Shown in pieces: positions 45,259-55,948 of a stretch of DNA of 64,000 bases. Source of the stretch: a plasmid; the sequence record NZ_CP118102.1. One strand, written 5' to 3'. Both the position numbers and the translations under genes were made by a program. The stretch's first letter is position 1. Each line of letters starts with the position of its first letter. The notes under the pieces were generated by a model. It searched no databases and was not told the DNA's origin. It worked only from the letters and a program-made list of their open reading frames with translations.

Positions 45259-46131
45259 TTAGGTACAGTTGATAATCAGAATTATTATTCCCATAATTAA
45301 TGGCGTGATCAAAGAGATAAGAATCGTATGTTTATCTAAAATAGGAATGATCAGCTTAGTATCAGGAGTGAGAATCTGTTGTAGACGATAATTTATAGCT
45401 ACATGAGCAAGATGCACACCTTTAAATAGTGGTTCACTTTTATGCTCCTTGATCAAATTCAATAAAACGTTTCCTATCTGTCTTGTACTCTTCATCTGTT
45501 CTATTACATATTGATCTGCTTTTAATTCCATTTGGATTTCATAGTAGTTAACTAAACTTTTTATCACCGGTAGAAAAACATAACATTCAGAGAGTATTTT
45601 TAAAAGAACCGTATAAAAGGGATGTCGTTTAAAACAATGATAGTATTCGTGATAAATGATTGCCCTGATTTCCTCATCATTAAACTGATCTAACAGACTT
45701 GTGGAAAGGATAATGTCGGATTTGAAGAATCCAGCTGACATTGCTATTTTGTTTTGATTTGATATCACTTTTATTTTTATATTTAATGACTTGTATCTTT
45801 CTGAGTACTCAGTAGATAAATCCAACTCCTCCATTTGGAAAAAGAGTTCCTTCATACCCTTATAGCGAAAATATTGATTAAATACTTGATAACCAAGCGT
45901 AAAAACTGAAAAGGTGATAAAAGCATTAATGATCATTTCGGCAGTTACATGATTAACAAATACATCTGTAAATGTAGCTTGAAGCAATAGAATTATATTA
46001 TGGTTACTTGGCACATCTTGAAGTTGATGGTATATAACATAGCCCATCTGAAAAAGAACCAAACTGCAAATAGCTATCCCTACTCCTACTGCCCGCTTTG
46101 GATCAAACAGTATTTTCGAATAACTATTCAT
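45259..46131 (-). CDS. BlaR1/MecR1-family M56 peptidase-domain membrane protein (no C-terminal sensor domain)
   Basis: Four N-terminal TM segments and the HEYYHCFKRHP (HExxH) zinc motif typical of M56. 290 aa. Confidence 0.7.
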   Translation of the reverse strand: MNSYSKILFDPKRAVGVGIAICSLVLFQMGYVIYHQLQDVPSNHNIILLLQATFTDVFVNHVTAEMIINAFITFSVFTLGYQVFNQYFRYKGMKELFFQMEELDLSTEYSERYKSLNIKIKVISNQNKIAMSAGFFKSDIILSTSLLDQFNDEEIRAIIYHEYYHCFKRHPFYTVLLKILSECYVFLPVIKSLVNYYEIQMELKADQYVIEQMKSTRQIGNVLLNLIKEHKSEPLFKGVHLAHVAINYRLQQILTPDTKLIIPILDKHTILISLITPLIMGIIILIINCT

Positions 46132-46546
46132 TTTTCAGTTCCTTCAATTTGTTCTCTAATTGTTGAATTAAATCAGGATCCGCTTTGTCTAGACTATCAA
46201 TTAAATTACGAACCATATATGAGCCAAAATCAGCAATTAGTCCATTAGTAACCGCTTGGGTTTGCTCCTGGATAAATTCTTCTTTTGTTGTGGGGGCAGA
46301 AAAATAAGTTAATCTTGTTCTGCCCCTGCCACTTGATTCCTTTATTAAATATTCTTTATCAGTTAGTCTTGTCATAACTGTCATGACTGCGTTCAGTGAG
46401 ATAGGGGATTCAGCGTTTATTAATTCATGAACTTGTTTAATCGTCATTTTCCCGTTGCTCCACAATATCTCCATTATTTTAGCCTCTAACGAACCAAAAA
46501 ATTTATTGATACCTTCTTCATCTAGATGGAATCTCTTTACTCGCAT
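46124..46546 (-). CDS. BlaI/MecI/CopY-family transcriptional repressor
   Basis: Winged-helix N-terminus EAKIMEILWSNGKMTIKQVHELIN. Overlaps the start of the downstream M56 gene by 8 nt. Confidence 0.8.
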   Translation of the reverse strand: MRVKRFHLDEEGINKFFGSLEAKIMEILWSNGKMTIKQVHELINAESPISLNAVMTVMTRLTDKEYLIKESSGRGRTRLTYFSAPTTKEEFIQEQTQAVTNGLIADFGSYMVRNLIDSLDKADPDLIQQLENKLKELKNE

Positions 46547-46840
46547 ATTTTCGCTACCTCTTTCAGAAGAGTTTCATTTATTTCTAAATTAATGTTTCTA
46601 ACTACAAACTATAGTTTAAACTATTTTAAGTCGTATGCCAATTTAACTTAGCAGCACAATACTATATAAGATCCATTTCCCAAATATAATAAAAGTGCGT
46701 TACAAGAGATCCCACTCTTGTAACGCACTTTATGACCTATACTGAGTAAAATAATTCCTACCTTTGATCCTATTAATACGAATCATTATTATACCAAGAA
46801 ACTTTTTTTGGATTAATTTACGCTACTATTCCAACCTGCT

Positions 46841-48133
46841 CTATAAATAACTCAATGGATTTTGTGGAGTTCCATTTACACGTACTTCAAAGTGCAAATG
46901 TGGACCTGTTGAATTCCCAGTTGAGCCCACTTCAGCGATTTTTTGACCGCGGGATACAGATTCGCCTTCTTTTACTAGAGTACCATTCTCTCTGATGTGA
47001 GGATATAGTGTCCATAAACCATCTCCATGATCAACGATAACTGTATTACCATATCCACCATACCACTCTGCCATAATGACCACACCTTCTTCTGCTGCAT
47101 AAATACTCGTACCCTGAGGGGCAGCGAAATCTGTCCCATTATGCATTTTCCCTACCTCACCTGTTATAGGGTGAACACGTGGACCAAAGTTAGAGGAAAT
47201 GATTGCACCTTGAATCGGCATTCCTAGCACTCCACCTCCGTTGGAAGAACTGCTGGAGCTCGATTTAGTATTGGAGCTAGAAACCTTTTGCAGTGTTTTT
47301 TTTCTCTCTGCCTCTTCTGCAGCGGCTTTCGCCTTCGCAGCTCTTGCAGCCTGCTCTTCTTTCAACGCATTTTTTTCCTGAACCAGTTCCGACCGTTTTG
47401 ACGCAATTTCAACCAACATTTGATCTTGCTTATCACTGAGTTCACTTTGTGTTTCAATCTCTTTCTCATATCCAGCAATCAGCTTCTGCTTTTCTTGCTC
47501 TTTACTAGCTAGCTCCGCTTTATGAGCTTTCTTCTCTGCGTATAGCCGTTTATGCTCTGTATACTGCTTATCAAGTTGCTGTTTCTTCTCTACAACAAGC
47601 TGCTTATCTTTCTTGTGTTCAACTAATAGATTTTGGTCTTGGTCTACTATCATTTTTAAAGAATCCATACGCTGTAGAAAATCGGTGAGGCTTGTAGATG
47701 ATAACAATACATCCAAATAGGAAACTGTACCATCCGTGTACATCAAACGTACTCGGGATTCTAGTAAGTCCTCACGAGCAGCAATCCTCTCTTCTGCAGC
47801 TTGTAATTCTTTTTTTGTATTGCGTAAGTTTTCTTCCGTTGTTTCAATATTGTAGGAGACAGTTGCAAGCTCATTGCTTACGTTATCTATTTGCTTCATG
47901 ATGCTCTTCAAATATGTTTCTTGCTTTTGCTTATAGTAAACGGCTTCCTGCTTTTTCTTTTCAGCTTTTTCCTGCTCTGATGTTGCCGAATTAGACTGTT
48001 GTTCGAGCTTTTCCAACTCATTATCAATATCACTGATGCTTGACGCTGCATGACTATAAGCAGGGCTAAGAATAGTGGCTGTAATCAAACTTATTGCAAG
48101 TGCAGTTGCTGTCTTTTTCAACTTAATTCCCAT
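46841..48133 (-). CDS. Secreted coiled-coil M23 (LytM-domain) peptidase
   Basis: Signal peptide, then a long Glu/Lys/Gln-rich coiled coil. C-terminal M23 motifs HNGTDFAAP...GYGNTVIVDHGDG...GSTGNSTGPHLHFEV. Confidence 0.8.
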   Translation of the reverse strand: MGIKLKKTATALAISLITATILSPAYSHAASSISDIDNELEKLEQQSNSATSEQEKAEKKKQEAVYYKQKQETYLKSIMKQIDNVSNELATVSYNIETTEENLRNTKKELQAAEERIAAREDLLESRVRLMYTDGTVSYLDVLLSSTSLTDFLQRMDSLKMIVDQDQNLLVEHKKDKQLVVEKKQQLDKQYTEHKRLYAEKKAHKAELASKEQEKQKLIAGYEKEIETQSELSDKQDQMLVEIASKRSELVQEKNALKEEQAARAAKAKAAAEEAERKKTLQKVSSSNTKSSSSSSSNGGGVLGMPIQGAIISSNFGPRVHPITGEVGKMHNGTDFAAPQGTSIYAAEEGVVIMAEWYGGYGNTVIVDHGDGLWTLYPHIRENGTLVKEGESVSRGQKIAEVGSTGNSTGPHLHFEVRVNGTPQNPLSYL

Positions 48134-48646
48134 CCTTGTACATATTTTTAAATTCGAATTTTGTCTTTCATTGAGATAAATGGCCTTAAGATTAATAGAG
48201 AGATGACGCTACTTGTCCTAAATCGCCTCAAAGTTACTAAAACCCCTAAAATATTGCCATATATGTATTCGAGATATGGCGAATTATTAAAATTTTGTTA
48301 CCTTACATAATGTAGTTTATTTCACTCTACCTTGTCAACTCTTGGAGACGACAAATAAAGAGAGATTATCAATTTATCTGACAGCAAAGAAGACTAAGAA
48401 CGTTAAATTTCTTATTAGAGGCTCTCTATGTAGCTTCACTTTCAAAACCGCTCTTAGACACATTCCCTCCATTCAAAGGCGCCTTAAACACAAAAAAACC
48501 GTCGATCTTTTCATCAGATTAACGGCTTCAAAAATTCAATTTTTTAACATATGTTTCGACTGCTTTTTGGAGCATCTTATGCTTATCACTTGGATTGTTC
48601 ATAATAAGCATCGCAACTTTTTGTGGTGAGTCATCGATTGATTTCT

Positions 48647-48982
48647 TTATTCTTTTAATTTAAATATCTTCATTTCTTTAGATGATTCATACTCTATTCC
48701 TAACTCACTATTGTCTAATTCATATATCTTTGTGCCAACATCAAATTCATTTGAAGAAAGATTGGAAGTTACCGGGCCTTCAGGTTTAGTTTTTTGCTGA
48801 ACACTAGCAACTATTTTTTTGTTAGGGAAATTGGCAGAAGATTCAACTCTAGTTCCAATGTATTGTTTATCATTATAAATGAGTAAAGAAGCATTAGAAG
48901 AAGACTCATCTGCTCGATTAGAACAACTTATCATTAAGAGGAGTATGAATGTTAAAGGGTATAATAGTTTAGCGATTCTCAT
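48647..48982 (-). CDS. Probable lipoprotein, function unknown
   Basis: MRIAKLLYPLTFILLLMISCSN lipobox. 111 aa. Confidence 0.5.
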   Translation of the reverse strand: MRIAKLLYPLTFILLLMISCSNRADESSSNASLLIYNDKQYIGTRVESSANFPNKKIVASVQQKTKPEGPVTSNLSSNEFDVGTKIYELDNSELGIEYESSKEMKIFKLKE

Positions 48983-49005
48983 GAGGAACCCTCCCTTCTT
49001 ATCAG

Positions 49006-49500
49006 TTAGTTATCTGATATTAAAACTTCAAGTACTTCAGTAATTAAATTATTTTGTGTTACAGAAGTGAAGCTCCTTGCACTCTCGTCGTACTCAAATT
49101 TTCCGCTAGGTCCTCCCACCATGATATAAGTATCCTCTATAGGCTCATCAAGAAATAAGATGTATTCATTTCCAATTTCCATAAGAGGATGATTATAATA
49201 GGAGTCTTCTAAGCGCCCGTCTTGTAAGACTTTTATATATTTCGCTGTAGAATCTTCATTACTCTTATAAACGTCTGTTACCTTAAATTGGAATTCAGTT
49301 ATTGGTGTATCTTTGCCGTTCAGAAAAGTTCTGTTAACTTTATCAGGAACTCCTTTTACAATTAGAGAAGCCTTTTCTTCAACAGTATCTGTAGAAAAGG
49401 AAGGGAATGTAGCATGCTTTGTTACAGTTTCTTTTTCTACATTTTGAGTTTGTTTATTTATAGACTGGCCTGGTTGTTCCACTAGGATGTAAGATGTCAA
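49006..49500 (-). CDS. Hypothetical protein. The 5-prime end abuts or is interrupted by the IS30 element
   Basis: Track ORF of 164 aa starting at TTG. The same frame continues upstream as a signal-peptide-like KKLVLISTGLSFLLTSY up to the IS30 inverted repeat at about 49546, with no ATG. Confidence 0.4.
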   Translation of the reverse strand: MTSYILVEQPGQSINKQTQNVEKETVTKHATFPSFSTDTVEEKASLIVKGVPDKVNRTFLNGKDTPITEFQFKVTDVYKSNEDSTAKYIKVLQDGRLEDSYYNHPLMEIGNEYILFLDEPIEDTYIMVGGPSGKFEYDESARSFTSVTQNNLITEVLEVLISDN

Positions 49501-49545
49501 TAAAAAGGATAAACCAGTAGATATAAGTACTAATTTTTTATTGGT

Positions 49546-50627
49546 CGACAGATTGTAATATGAAGTGCGACACCTAGTTCAAAAAAAAATAAAAATGACC
49601 CATGGCCTGATTCGTGTAGAATAAAGTTACCACACCAAATTCACACAGGAGAATCAGTCCATGAGCTACTCACATCTTACCATAATAGAACGAAGTAAAC
49701 TAGAAGCACTCAAGCAACTAGGGATGTCTGCTCGAGCCATTGCTCGTGAATTGGACCGACACCACTCTACGATCAGCCGAGAATTAAAACGAAATCAAAG
49801 TTCAGATGGTTATCAGGCGGTAGCTTCAGACGAGCGGTATCAGTGTCTTCGCCAAACCCAAAGTTCACGAGGGAAGTGGACGGAGACGCTTGGTGAAGAG
49901 ATAGAGAAGCGACTTCATGAAACCTGGTCTCCTGAGCAAATTTCAATGAGCTATGCTCTAAAAGACAAGCCCATGGTTTCGTTCAAAACGATCTATCGGT
50001 GGCTCTATAAAGGTCGCTTGGCTCGTACGACAGTTCAACAGCTAAGGCACAAAGGCAAGAGACAGAAGCCTCAAGAAAGACGAGGTCGGTTCCTCGTAGG
50101 GACTTCTATCAAACAACGTCCCAAAGAGATTCGTTCCCGAGAAACCTTTGGTCACTGGGAACTGGATACGGTCGTGTCTAGCCGAGGGAAAAGCAAGGCT
50201 TGTGTGGCCACCTTTATCGAGCGAGAAACACGGTTGTACACCGCGATTAAAATGCCAGATCGTACCGCACTATCTATGGAAATCGCTGTAGGCGTAGCTA
50301 CTGCGCAGCACCCTTTGGGCACCTTCCAAACGGCTACCGTTGACCGTGGTAAGGAGTTCGCATGCTTTCATGATCTGGAAGACACTCACGCCATGAAGGT
50401 GTATTTTGCAGATCCTTATTCCTCATGGCAACGAGGATCCAATGAGAATGGAAACGGCCTCCTTCGAGAGTTCTTCTCTAAAGGAAAGGACTTCGCAGAG
50501 GTATCTGAAGACGAGTTAGAACATGCTCTCCATCTCATTAACAACAGACCAAGAAAATGTTTAGGTTGGAAGACAGCTCACGAATCTTTTGAGAATGAAG
50601 TGTCGCACTTGGATTGACAATCTGTCG
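49546..50627 (+). mobile_element. IS30-family insertion sequence (about 1.08 kb)
   Basis: Terminal inverted repeats: cgacagattgtaatatgaagtgcgacac on the left, and gtgtcgcacttggattgacaatctgtcg on the right (its reverse complement). They bracket the transposase gene. Confidence 0.75.
49661..50617 (+). CDS. IS30 family transposase (HTH plus DDE)
   Basis: N-terminal HTH LTIIERSKLEALKQLGMSARAIARELDRHHSTISRELKRN. DDE region ...HWELDTVVS...FHDL...NENGNGLLREF typical of IS30. Confidence 0.85.
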   Translation: MSYSHLTIIERSKLEALKQLGMSARAIARELDRHHSTISRELKRNQSSDGYQAVASDERYQCLRQTQSSRGKWTETLGEEIEKRLHETWSPEQISMSYALKDKPMVSFKTIYRWLYKGRLARTTVQQLRHKGKRQKPQERRGRFLVGTSIKQRPKEIRSRETFGHWELDTVVSSRGKSKACVATFIERETRLYTAIKMPDRTALSMEIAVGVATAQHPLGTFQTATVDRGKEFACFHDLEDTHAMKVYFADPYSSWQRGSNENGNGLLREFFSKGKDFAEVSEDELEHALHLINNRPRKCLGWKTAHESFENEVSHLD

Positions 50628-50992
50628 TATAAAAAAATTTTATAACTTGTACATTTATTTTACGAGATAAAAGTAGTATTCTATATAGAAGAATCATGAA
50701 AATTGCTGAGACCCATAACCTACCGCCTCACCTCGCGTTAGCCCTGCGCTAAATCGAGTGTGAGGTGTTTTTATGTTTATTAGTCCGATGTTACTCGAAA
50801 AAGCGGACGCGCCATTCTCGGATTCGCGCTACATATTTGAACCGAATATCGACGGCCAGCCACCGCTTAATATTTTCGCAACTTAACGGAGAAGTCCGCT
50901 TATATACGCGTCATAATAACGATTGCACGCGCCAATATCCCGAAATAGCCTGCGAATCGCCAATCGGATTATGTTCTTGTCCATTACGGTAA

Positions 50993-51100
50993 TCGGTACA
51001 AGTTCTTGTCCTTGGCTTGGGACAAGAGCTTGTACCGATAAAATAAAAAAGCCGCTAAAATAGCGACTTCAATGGGAATATGTTCTTGTCCCCCGACACT
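50993..51100 (-). repeat. Inverted copy of repeat R2 with no IS200 (empty-site reference)
   Basis: aatcggtacaagttcttgtccttggcttgggacaagagcttgtaccgat...aaaaaagccgctaaaatagcgacttcaatgggaatatgttcttgtccc is the reverse complement of 34422-34477 joined directly to 35242-35292. Confidence 0.85.
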
Positions 51101-51222
51101 TTCGATATAACGTTAGTAATATAAATCGTCTTAGACAAAGTCCTGTATACAAATTAAACAACCTTAGTCCGGCCCATCGCCCTGATCTAAGGTTGTTTTG
51201 AGTGTGAACAAAAGATGAATCT

Positions 51223-52293
51223 TTAAGAAACTAGTGTTAATGATCCAATAAAAGAAACAATAGCAAATATAAGCCCGCAGATAAGAGCAGCATACGCTGT
51301 ATTGTTTTTTCTGAAAATAATATACATCCATACAATACTAACTAGAGCTATAACATAGAGAACTAAGGAAAATAGGCTTACATCAAAGTCAACGGGCACC
51401 TGTACCTCACCATCTGCTAACCAAAGGTACAATCTTGATGCTGACAAAGCCATCATTTGAGGATCTAGATCATGTGGTGCAACTTGTTGATTCATAAACC
51501 CTGTTACAGTAAAAATAAGCAAAATAAATATCCCCTCAACTGTTACCCACTTCCTCGGGTTGAAAGCAGAATTGTTCAATTTCTTTCTTATTAAAAAACC
51601 GTTAAAGAAAGCAATAAACAAAAGTGGAATGATCAAAAGATGCTTTAACAATAAGGATTGACCATAAGAAGTTACCCATGAATTAAAATAATTCGGATCC
51701 GTTCTGATATTTAATAAGAGTCCAGATATTATTATAATTAGCATGATTACGATAGCAAGAGGATGATACCATGACAGAAATGACTTCCATTCTTCAGCTT
51801 TATTTGACATGTACATACCAGCAATAATGAGAATACCTGCCCAAACAGCAACCGAAAATAAATGGATAAATTGTGGCCAGAAACCAACCGGTCCAAAATA
51901 TGAGGAAGCATGGCTGGACCAAGATAATGCTCCTACAATAGATACTATTAATACAAATAGTAGTATATTGCTACTTGTACTGACTTTACCTTTCCTTGCT
52001 ACCAATACACTGATTAACAGCACGGTTAATATCAAGGTCCATATATACGCTTTTCCTTCGGCAAAAGATAACATGACATTTTTAAAAATAAGGCCAAAAC
52101 TTGCATCGTCTGAAAAAAAGAGAATGATCCTGAGTACGGGTAGAAATGAGAAAATAGCAACTCCTAAAGCTGCTAGGATAAACACTTTATTAGGTATTTT
52201 TACTGACTTATGAACTTGCGAAACAATGACTCCTCCAAATAAGACAGACAAACAACTATAGAGAAAGGGCTCTCCTAACCAATACCAGCTCAT
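51223..52293 (-). CDS. copD: CopD-family copper resistance membrane protein
   Basis: 356 aa, about 8-10 TM, CopD-like topology. Overlaps copC by 4 nt. Confidence 0.65.
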   Translation of the reverse strand: MSWYWLGEPFLYSCLSVLFGGVIVSQVHKSVKIPNKVFILAALGVAIFSFLPVLRIILFFSDDASFGLIFKNVMLSFAEGKAYIWTLILTVLLISVLVARKGKVSTSSNILLFVLIVSIVGALSWSSHASSYFGPVGFWPQFIHLFSVAVWAGILIIAGMYMSNKAEEWKSFLSWYHPLAIVIMLIIIISGLLLNIRTDPNYFNSWVTSYGQSLLLKHLLIIPLLFIAFFNGFLIRKKLNNSAFNPRKWVTVEGIFILLIFTVTGFMNQQVAPHDLDPQMMALSASRLYLWLADGEVQVPVDFDVSLFSLVLYVIALVSIVWMYIIFRKNNTAYAALICGLIFAIVSFIGSLTLVS

Positions 52294-52892
52294 TGTTTCC
52301 TCCGTTTTATTTGTCTCATTAATGCTGCTATAACGATAATGAGGATAATCCCTGCCCCAACAAAATACCAGGTATTATTGTTACTCTCTTCTCCAGGGAG
52401 AGCCTCAATAGAGGCTGAGACTTCCTCCGTGTTTGGTGTAGTTTCGACATTTCCAGTGGTTTCAGTGGTATCAATATTCTCAGTTATTTTGGTTTCTGAG
52501 CTTGTCGCTGTTTGCTCTTCGGGCAGGTCCACTGTAAAGTTATAATCGCCTTCAATCGGGTGACCGTCCTTCCCGACTATTTTCCATTCAACCGTGTATT
52601 CACCGTTTTTAAGATCAGTTCCATCCGATATATGTCTCTCCATCTTATTCATATCCAGGGTTATATCATTTAAAGGGACCTCTTGGTTATTTTGATCAAA
52701 TAACTTAAAGGAGCTTAACACTTCTATACTCGTATTAAACGTCAAAGTGATCTCACTAAATTCTGTGGTAACAACCTCACCATCTTTAGGAAAGGACTCC
52801 TCAATTTGAGTATGAGCAAGAGCAATTGATGGGAAGTAGAATAATAAAATACATACCAAAGCAATAATCACGAGTTGATAACTTTTTTTCAT
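52290..52892 (-). CDS. copC: CopC-domain copper-binding protein with C-terminal membrane anchor
   Basis: Signal peptide then AHTQIEESFPKDGEVV... and VEWKIVGKDGHPIEGDYNFTV, which is the CopC fold signature. C-terminal Thr/Glu-rich linker plus TM. Confidence 0.7.
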   Translation of the reverse strand: MKKSYQLVIIALVCILLFYFPSIALAHTQIEESFPKDGEVVTTEFSEITLTFNTSIEVLSSFKLFDQNNQEVPLNDITLDMNKMERHISDGTDLKNGEYTVEWKIVGKDGHPIEGDYNFTVDLPEEQTATSSETKITENIDTTETTGNVETTPNTEEVSASIEALPGEESNNNTWYFVGAGIILIIVIAALMRQIKRRKQ

Positions 52893-53130
52893 TTAGAACA
52901 TTCCTTTCTAATCGAAATTAAATCTAGTTCAGACTAACACATGAAGATATGTTCATTCAATAATGTAAGCGATGTAATATTGTATTCTTTTAGAACTTTT
53001 GAAGGTGGAAGTAAAGAATGACTAAGAGTTGTTGTTCTAAAAATAACTCATAAAAAAACACCTTAAGTAAGAGACAAGTTCTAACCCTTGTCTGTTTACT
53101 TAAAGGTGTTTGATGAAAGCTTATGATGCC

Positions 53131-55305
53131 TTATGAGCTTTTCATTACTCGTACTGCATTTAATACAGCCAACAAAGTAACCCCAACGTCTGAGAATACC
53201 GCTTCCCACATCGTTGCAATGCCGAATGCACCTAGCAGTAAGAAAACTGCCTTCACTCCGAGAGCAAAAATGATATTTTGCCACACTATTTTTCTTGTCC
53301 TCTTCGCTATCCGAATAGCCGTTGTGATCTTTGATGGCTCATCGGTCATGATGACAATATCCGCTGCTTCAATGGCAGCATCAGAGCCAAGTCCGCCCAT
53401 TGCAATTCCTACATCTGCCCTCGCCAATACCGGTGTATCATTAATTCCATCACCAACAAATACAATTTTCTCTTTAGATGTCTTTTCTTGATCTAATTTT
53501 TCTATTTCTTCTACTTTGTTCTGTGGGAGTAACTCTGCGTACACCTGGTCTAATCCAAGTTGGCGCCCAACCGCTTCTCCTACCGTTTTAGAATCTCCGG
53601 TGAGCATGACTGTCTTTTTGATTCCAAGCTCCTTCAATGATTGAATGGCTTCTAAGGAATCTTCTTTCACTTCATCAGAAATGACGATATACCCTGCATA
53701 TTCCTTATTAATGCTCAGATGTACTATTGTTCCAAAGTCAGCTGGTTGATCATAACGAATATGTTCTTGATTCATTAGTTTTGCATTACCAGCAAGTACT
53801 TCTTTTCCATCAATCTTTACCTTGATACCATGCCCTGAAATCTCATTATAATCCTCTAACTCATTCTCATTTATACTTTCACCATAGGCAGTTCGAATAG
53901 ATTCGGCGATGGGATGAGTTGAGTGAGCTTCTGCATAAGCAGCATACCTTAAAAGCTGCTCTTTAGAAATCTCCCCTTTAGGTTGAATGTTTGTAACGGT
54001 AAATGCTCCCTTTGTCAGTGTTCCGGTCTTATCAAAGACGACATATTTCACATCATTAAGGGCCTCCAGATAGTTACTTCCTTTAACCAACACTCCATTT
54101 TTTGAGGCTGCTCCAATCCCTCCAAAGAAGCCAAGTGGAATAGAGACCACTAATGCACACGGACAAGAGATAACTAAAAATATAAGTGCACGGTATATCC
54201 ATTCTGAGAAAGTAGCTCCAGTTATAATAAGAGGAGGAACCACAGCAAGAAGCACAGCAATGATCACTACTACTGGAGTATAATAGCGGGCAAATTTTGT
54301 GATGAAATTCTCTGTTGGAGCTTTTTTACTGCTCGCATTCTGAACCAAATCCAGAATTTTTGATACAGTAGATTCACTAAATTCCTTAGCTACCTCCACG
54401 GTTAATACACCATTTTTATTTATAAAGCCACTGAGCACATCATGACCTGGCTCCACTTCTCTTGGAACAGATTCTCCGGTTAGAGCAGAGGTATCCATAG
54501 CAGATACACCGTCAATGACTTTGCCATCTAAAGGAACCCTTTCACCAGGCTTTACCAAAATGATATCTCCGATCTTCACTTCTTCAGGAGATACACGTTC
54601 TATCTCGTTACCTATTTTTAAATTTGCATAGTCTGGGCGAATATCCAGGAGTGAGCTGATCGATTTTCTAGAACGATTTACGGCGATGCTTTGGAACATC
54701 TCACCAACTTGATAAAATAACATGACGGCTACACCCTCGGGATACTCTTGAATTGCAAAAGCGCCCACCGTTGCAATGGTCATCAAAAAGTTTTCATCAA
54801 AAACTTGACCCCTAAAAAGATTTTTGACTGCTCTGAATACAATGTCGCCACCGATAATGATATAAGCTAATGCAAACAGCGAGAACTCTATATAGCCCGA
54901 AAAAGAAGAGAACCAAGCACCAGCAGCAATAAGGGCACCAATAATTAACCGGATTAACATACGTTTTGTGTTCTCATTTCCATGGTCGTGGGAATGATGG
55001 TGAGCATCTTCATGATTTTGATGTTCTTCTGTATCTTTGGAGCTACTTCTTGATGAAGATTTACCTTTTTCAATTACGCGTATATGAGGCTCTAATGTCT
55101 TCACCTTTTCTTTTGCTTTTGATACAATACTTTCTTCTCTTCCCTCTTCAGTCTCTAAAGTTAAAGTTTTAGTTACGAAATTTACTGAACAGGTACTAAC
55201 TCCATCAATTTTCTTAACGCCGTTCTCAATCTTCATAGCACAGTTCGCGCAGTCTAATCCATCTAATATTAACTCTTTTCTAACCTTCTGTAGCTGTGCT
55301 TCCAT
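53131..55305 (-). CDS. Heavy-metal-translocating P1B-type ATPase (Cd/Zn/Co-type, CadA-like)
   Basis: N-terminal HMA motif GLDCANCA, His-rich stretch, CPC in TM6 (ISCPCALVVS), DKTGTLT phosphorylation site, GDGINDTP. Start at the ATG at 55305 after GGAGTGAGGGG. The track ORF extends to 55386. Confidence 0.85.
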   Translation of the reverse strand: MEAQLQKVRKELILDGLDCANCAMKIENGVKKIDGVSTCSVNFVTKTLTLETEEGREESIVSKAKEKVKTLEPHIRVIEKGKSSSRSSSKDTEEHQNHEDAHHHSHDHGNENTKRMLIRLIIGALIAAGAWFSSFSGYIEFSLFALAYIIIGGDIVFRAVKNLFRGQVFDENFLMTIATVGAFAIQEYPEGVAVMLFYQVGEMFQSIAVNRSRKSISSLLDIRPDYANLKIGNEIERVSPEEVKIGDIILVKPGERVPLDGKVIDGVSAMDTSALTGESVPREVEPGHDVLSGFINKNGVLTVEVAKEFSESTVSKILDLVQNASSKKAPTENFITKFARYYTPVVVIIAVLLAVVPPLIITGATFSEWIYRALIFLVISCPCALVVSIPLGFFGGIGAASKNGVLVKGSNYLEALNDVKYVVFDKTGTLTKGAFTVTNIQPKGEISKEQLLRYAAYAEAHSTHPIAESIRTAYGESINENELEDYNEISGHGIKVKIDGKEVLAGNAKLMNQEHIRYDQPADFGTIVHLSINKEYAGYIVISDEVKEDSLEAIQSLKELGIKKTVMLTGDSKTVGEAVGRQLGLDQVYAELLPQNKVEEIEKLDQEKTSKEKIVFVGDGINDTPVLARADVGIAMGGLGSDAAIEAADIVIMTDEPSKITTAIRIAKRTRKIVWQNIIFALGVKAVFLLLGAFGIATMWEAVFSDVGVTLLAVLNAVRVMKSS

Positions 55306-55462
55306 GTAACCCCTCACTCCTCTCAAAAAGCTAAATTCAATATATGAACAAATACTCATATGTTTGTTTAAACACATTATACGCAAATGAAAATTTAATT
55401 GTCAATAATTTGTATGAGATCAAAATAAAAAAGCACCTGCCATAAGCAGATGCTTTTAATGT

Positions 55463-55837
55463 TTAATTTTCATGCATAGTATGCTGAAGGGTTTGCGTGA
55501 AAATTTGTTCAATATGAGTATCATCTAATGAATAAAAAACAGTCTTTCCCTCTTTCCGACGCTTAACGATTCTCATATTTCGTAAATAACGCAGCTGGTG
55601 AGAAATCGCGGACTGTCCCATTTCAAGAAGAACAGTAAGATCATGAACACATAGTTCTCTCTGTAATAAAGCATGAATTATTTTAACTCGAGTAGGGTCA
55701 CTAAATGCCTTAAACCAGTCTGCTACTTGAACTGCCACATGTTCTTCAATCATTTCAGTCTTTACTTGTTTATAATCATCCTGAGAGCCAAGACATGTAG
55801 TATCACAATCTTCAATAAGGGGGGCTTTCTGCTCCAT
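55463..55837 (-). CDS. ArsR/SmtB-family metalloregulator (CadC-like)
   Basis: LLQRELCVHDLTVLLEMGQSAISHQLRYLRN, an ELCVCD-type metal-sensing HTH. ATG at 55837 with AGGAAGGTG RBS. Confidence 0.8.
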   Translation of the reverse strand: MEQKAPLIEDCDTTCLGSQDDYKQVKTEMIEEHVAVQVADWFKAFSDPTRVKIIHALLQRELCVHDLTVLLEMGQSAISHQLRYLRNMRIVKRRKEGKTVFYSLDDTHIEQIFTQTLQHTMHEN

Positions 55838-55948
55838 CTTATAAATCACCTTCCTATTCACCAATACTACTTATTTTATAGTAAAGGTCAAAAAAACGAA
55901 AGGATTACGATTAAGAGATATTACCTGATATCATATTAATGAATATAG

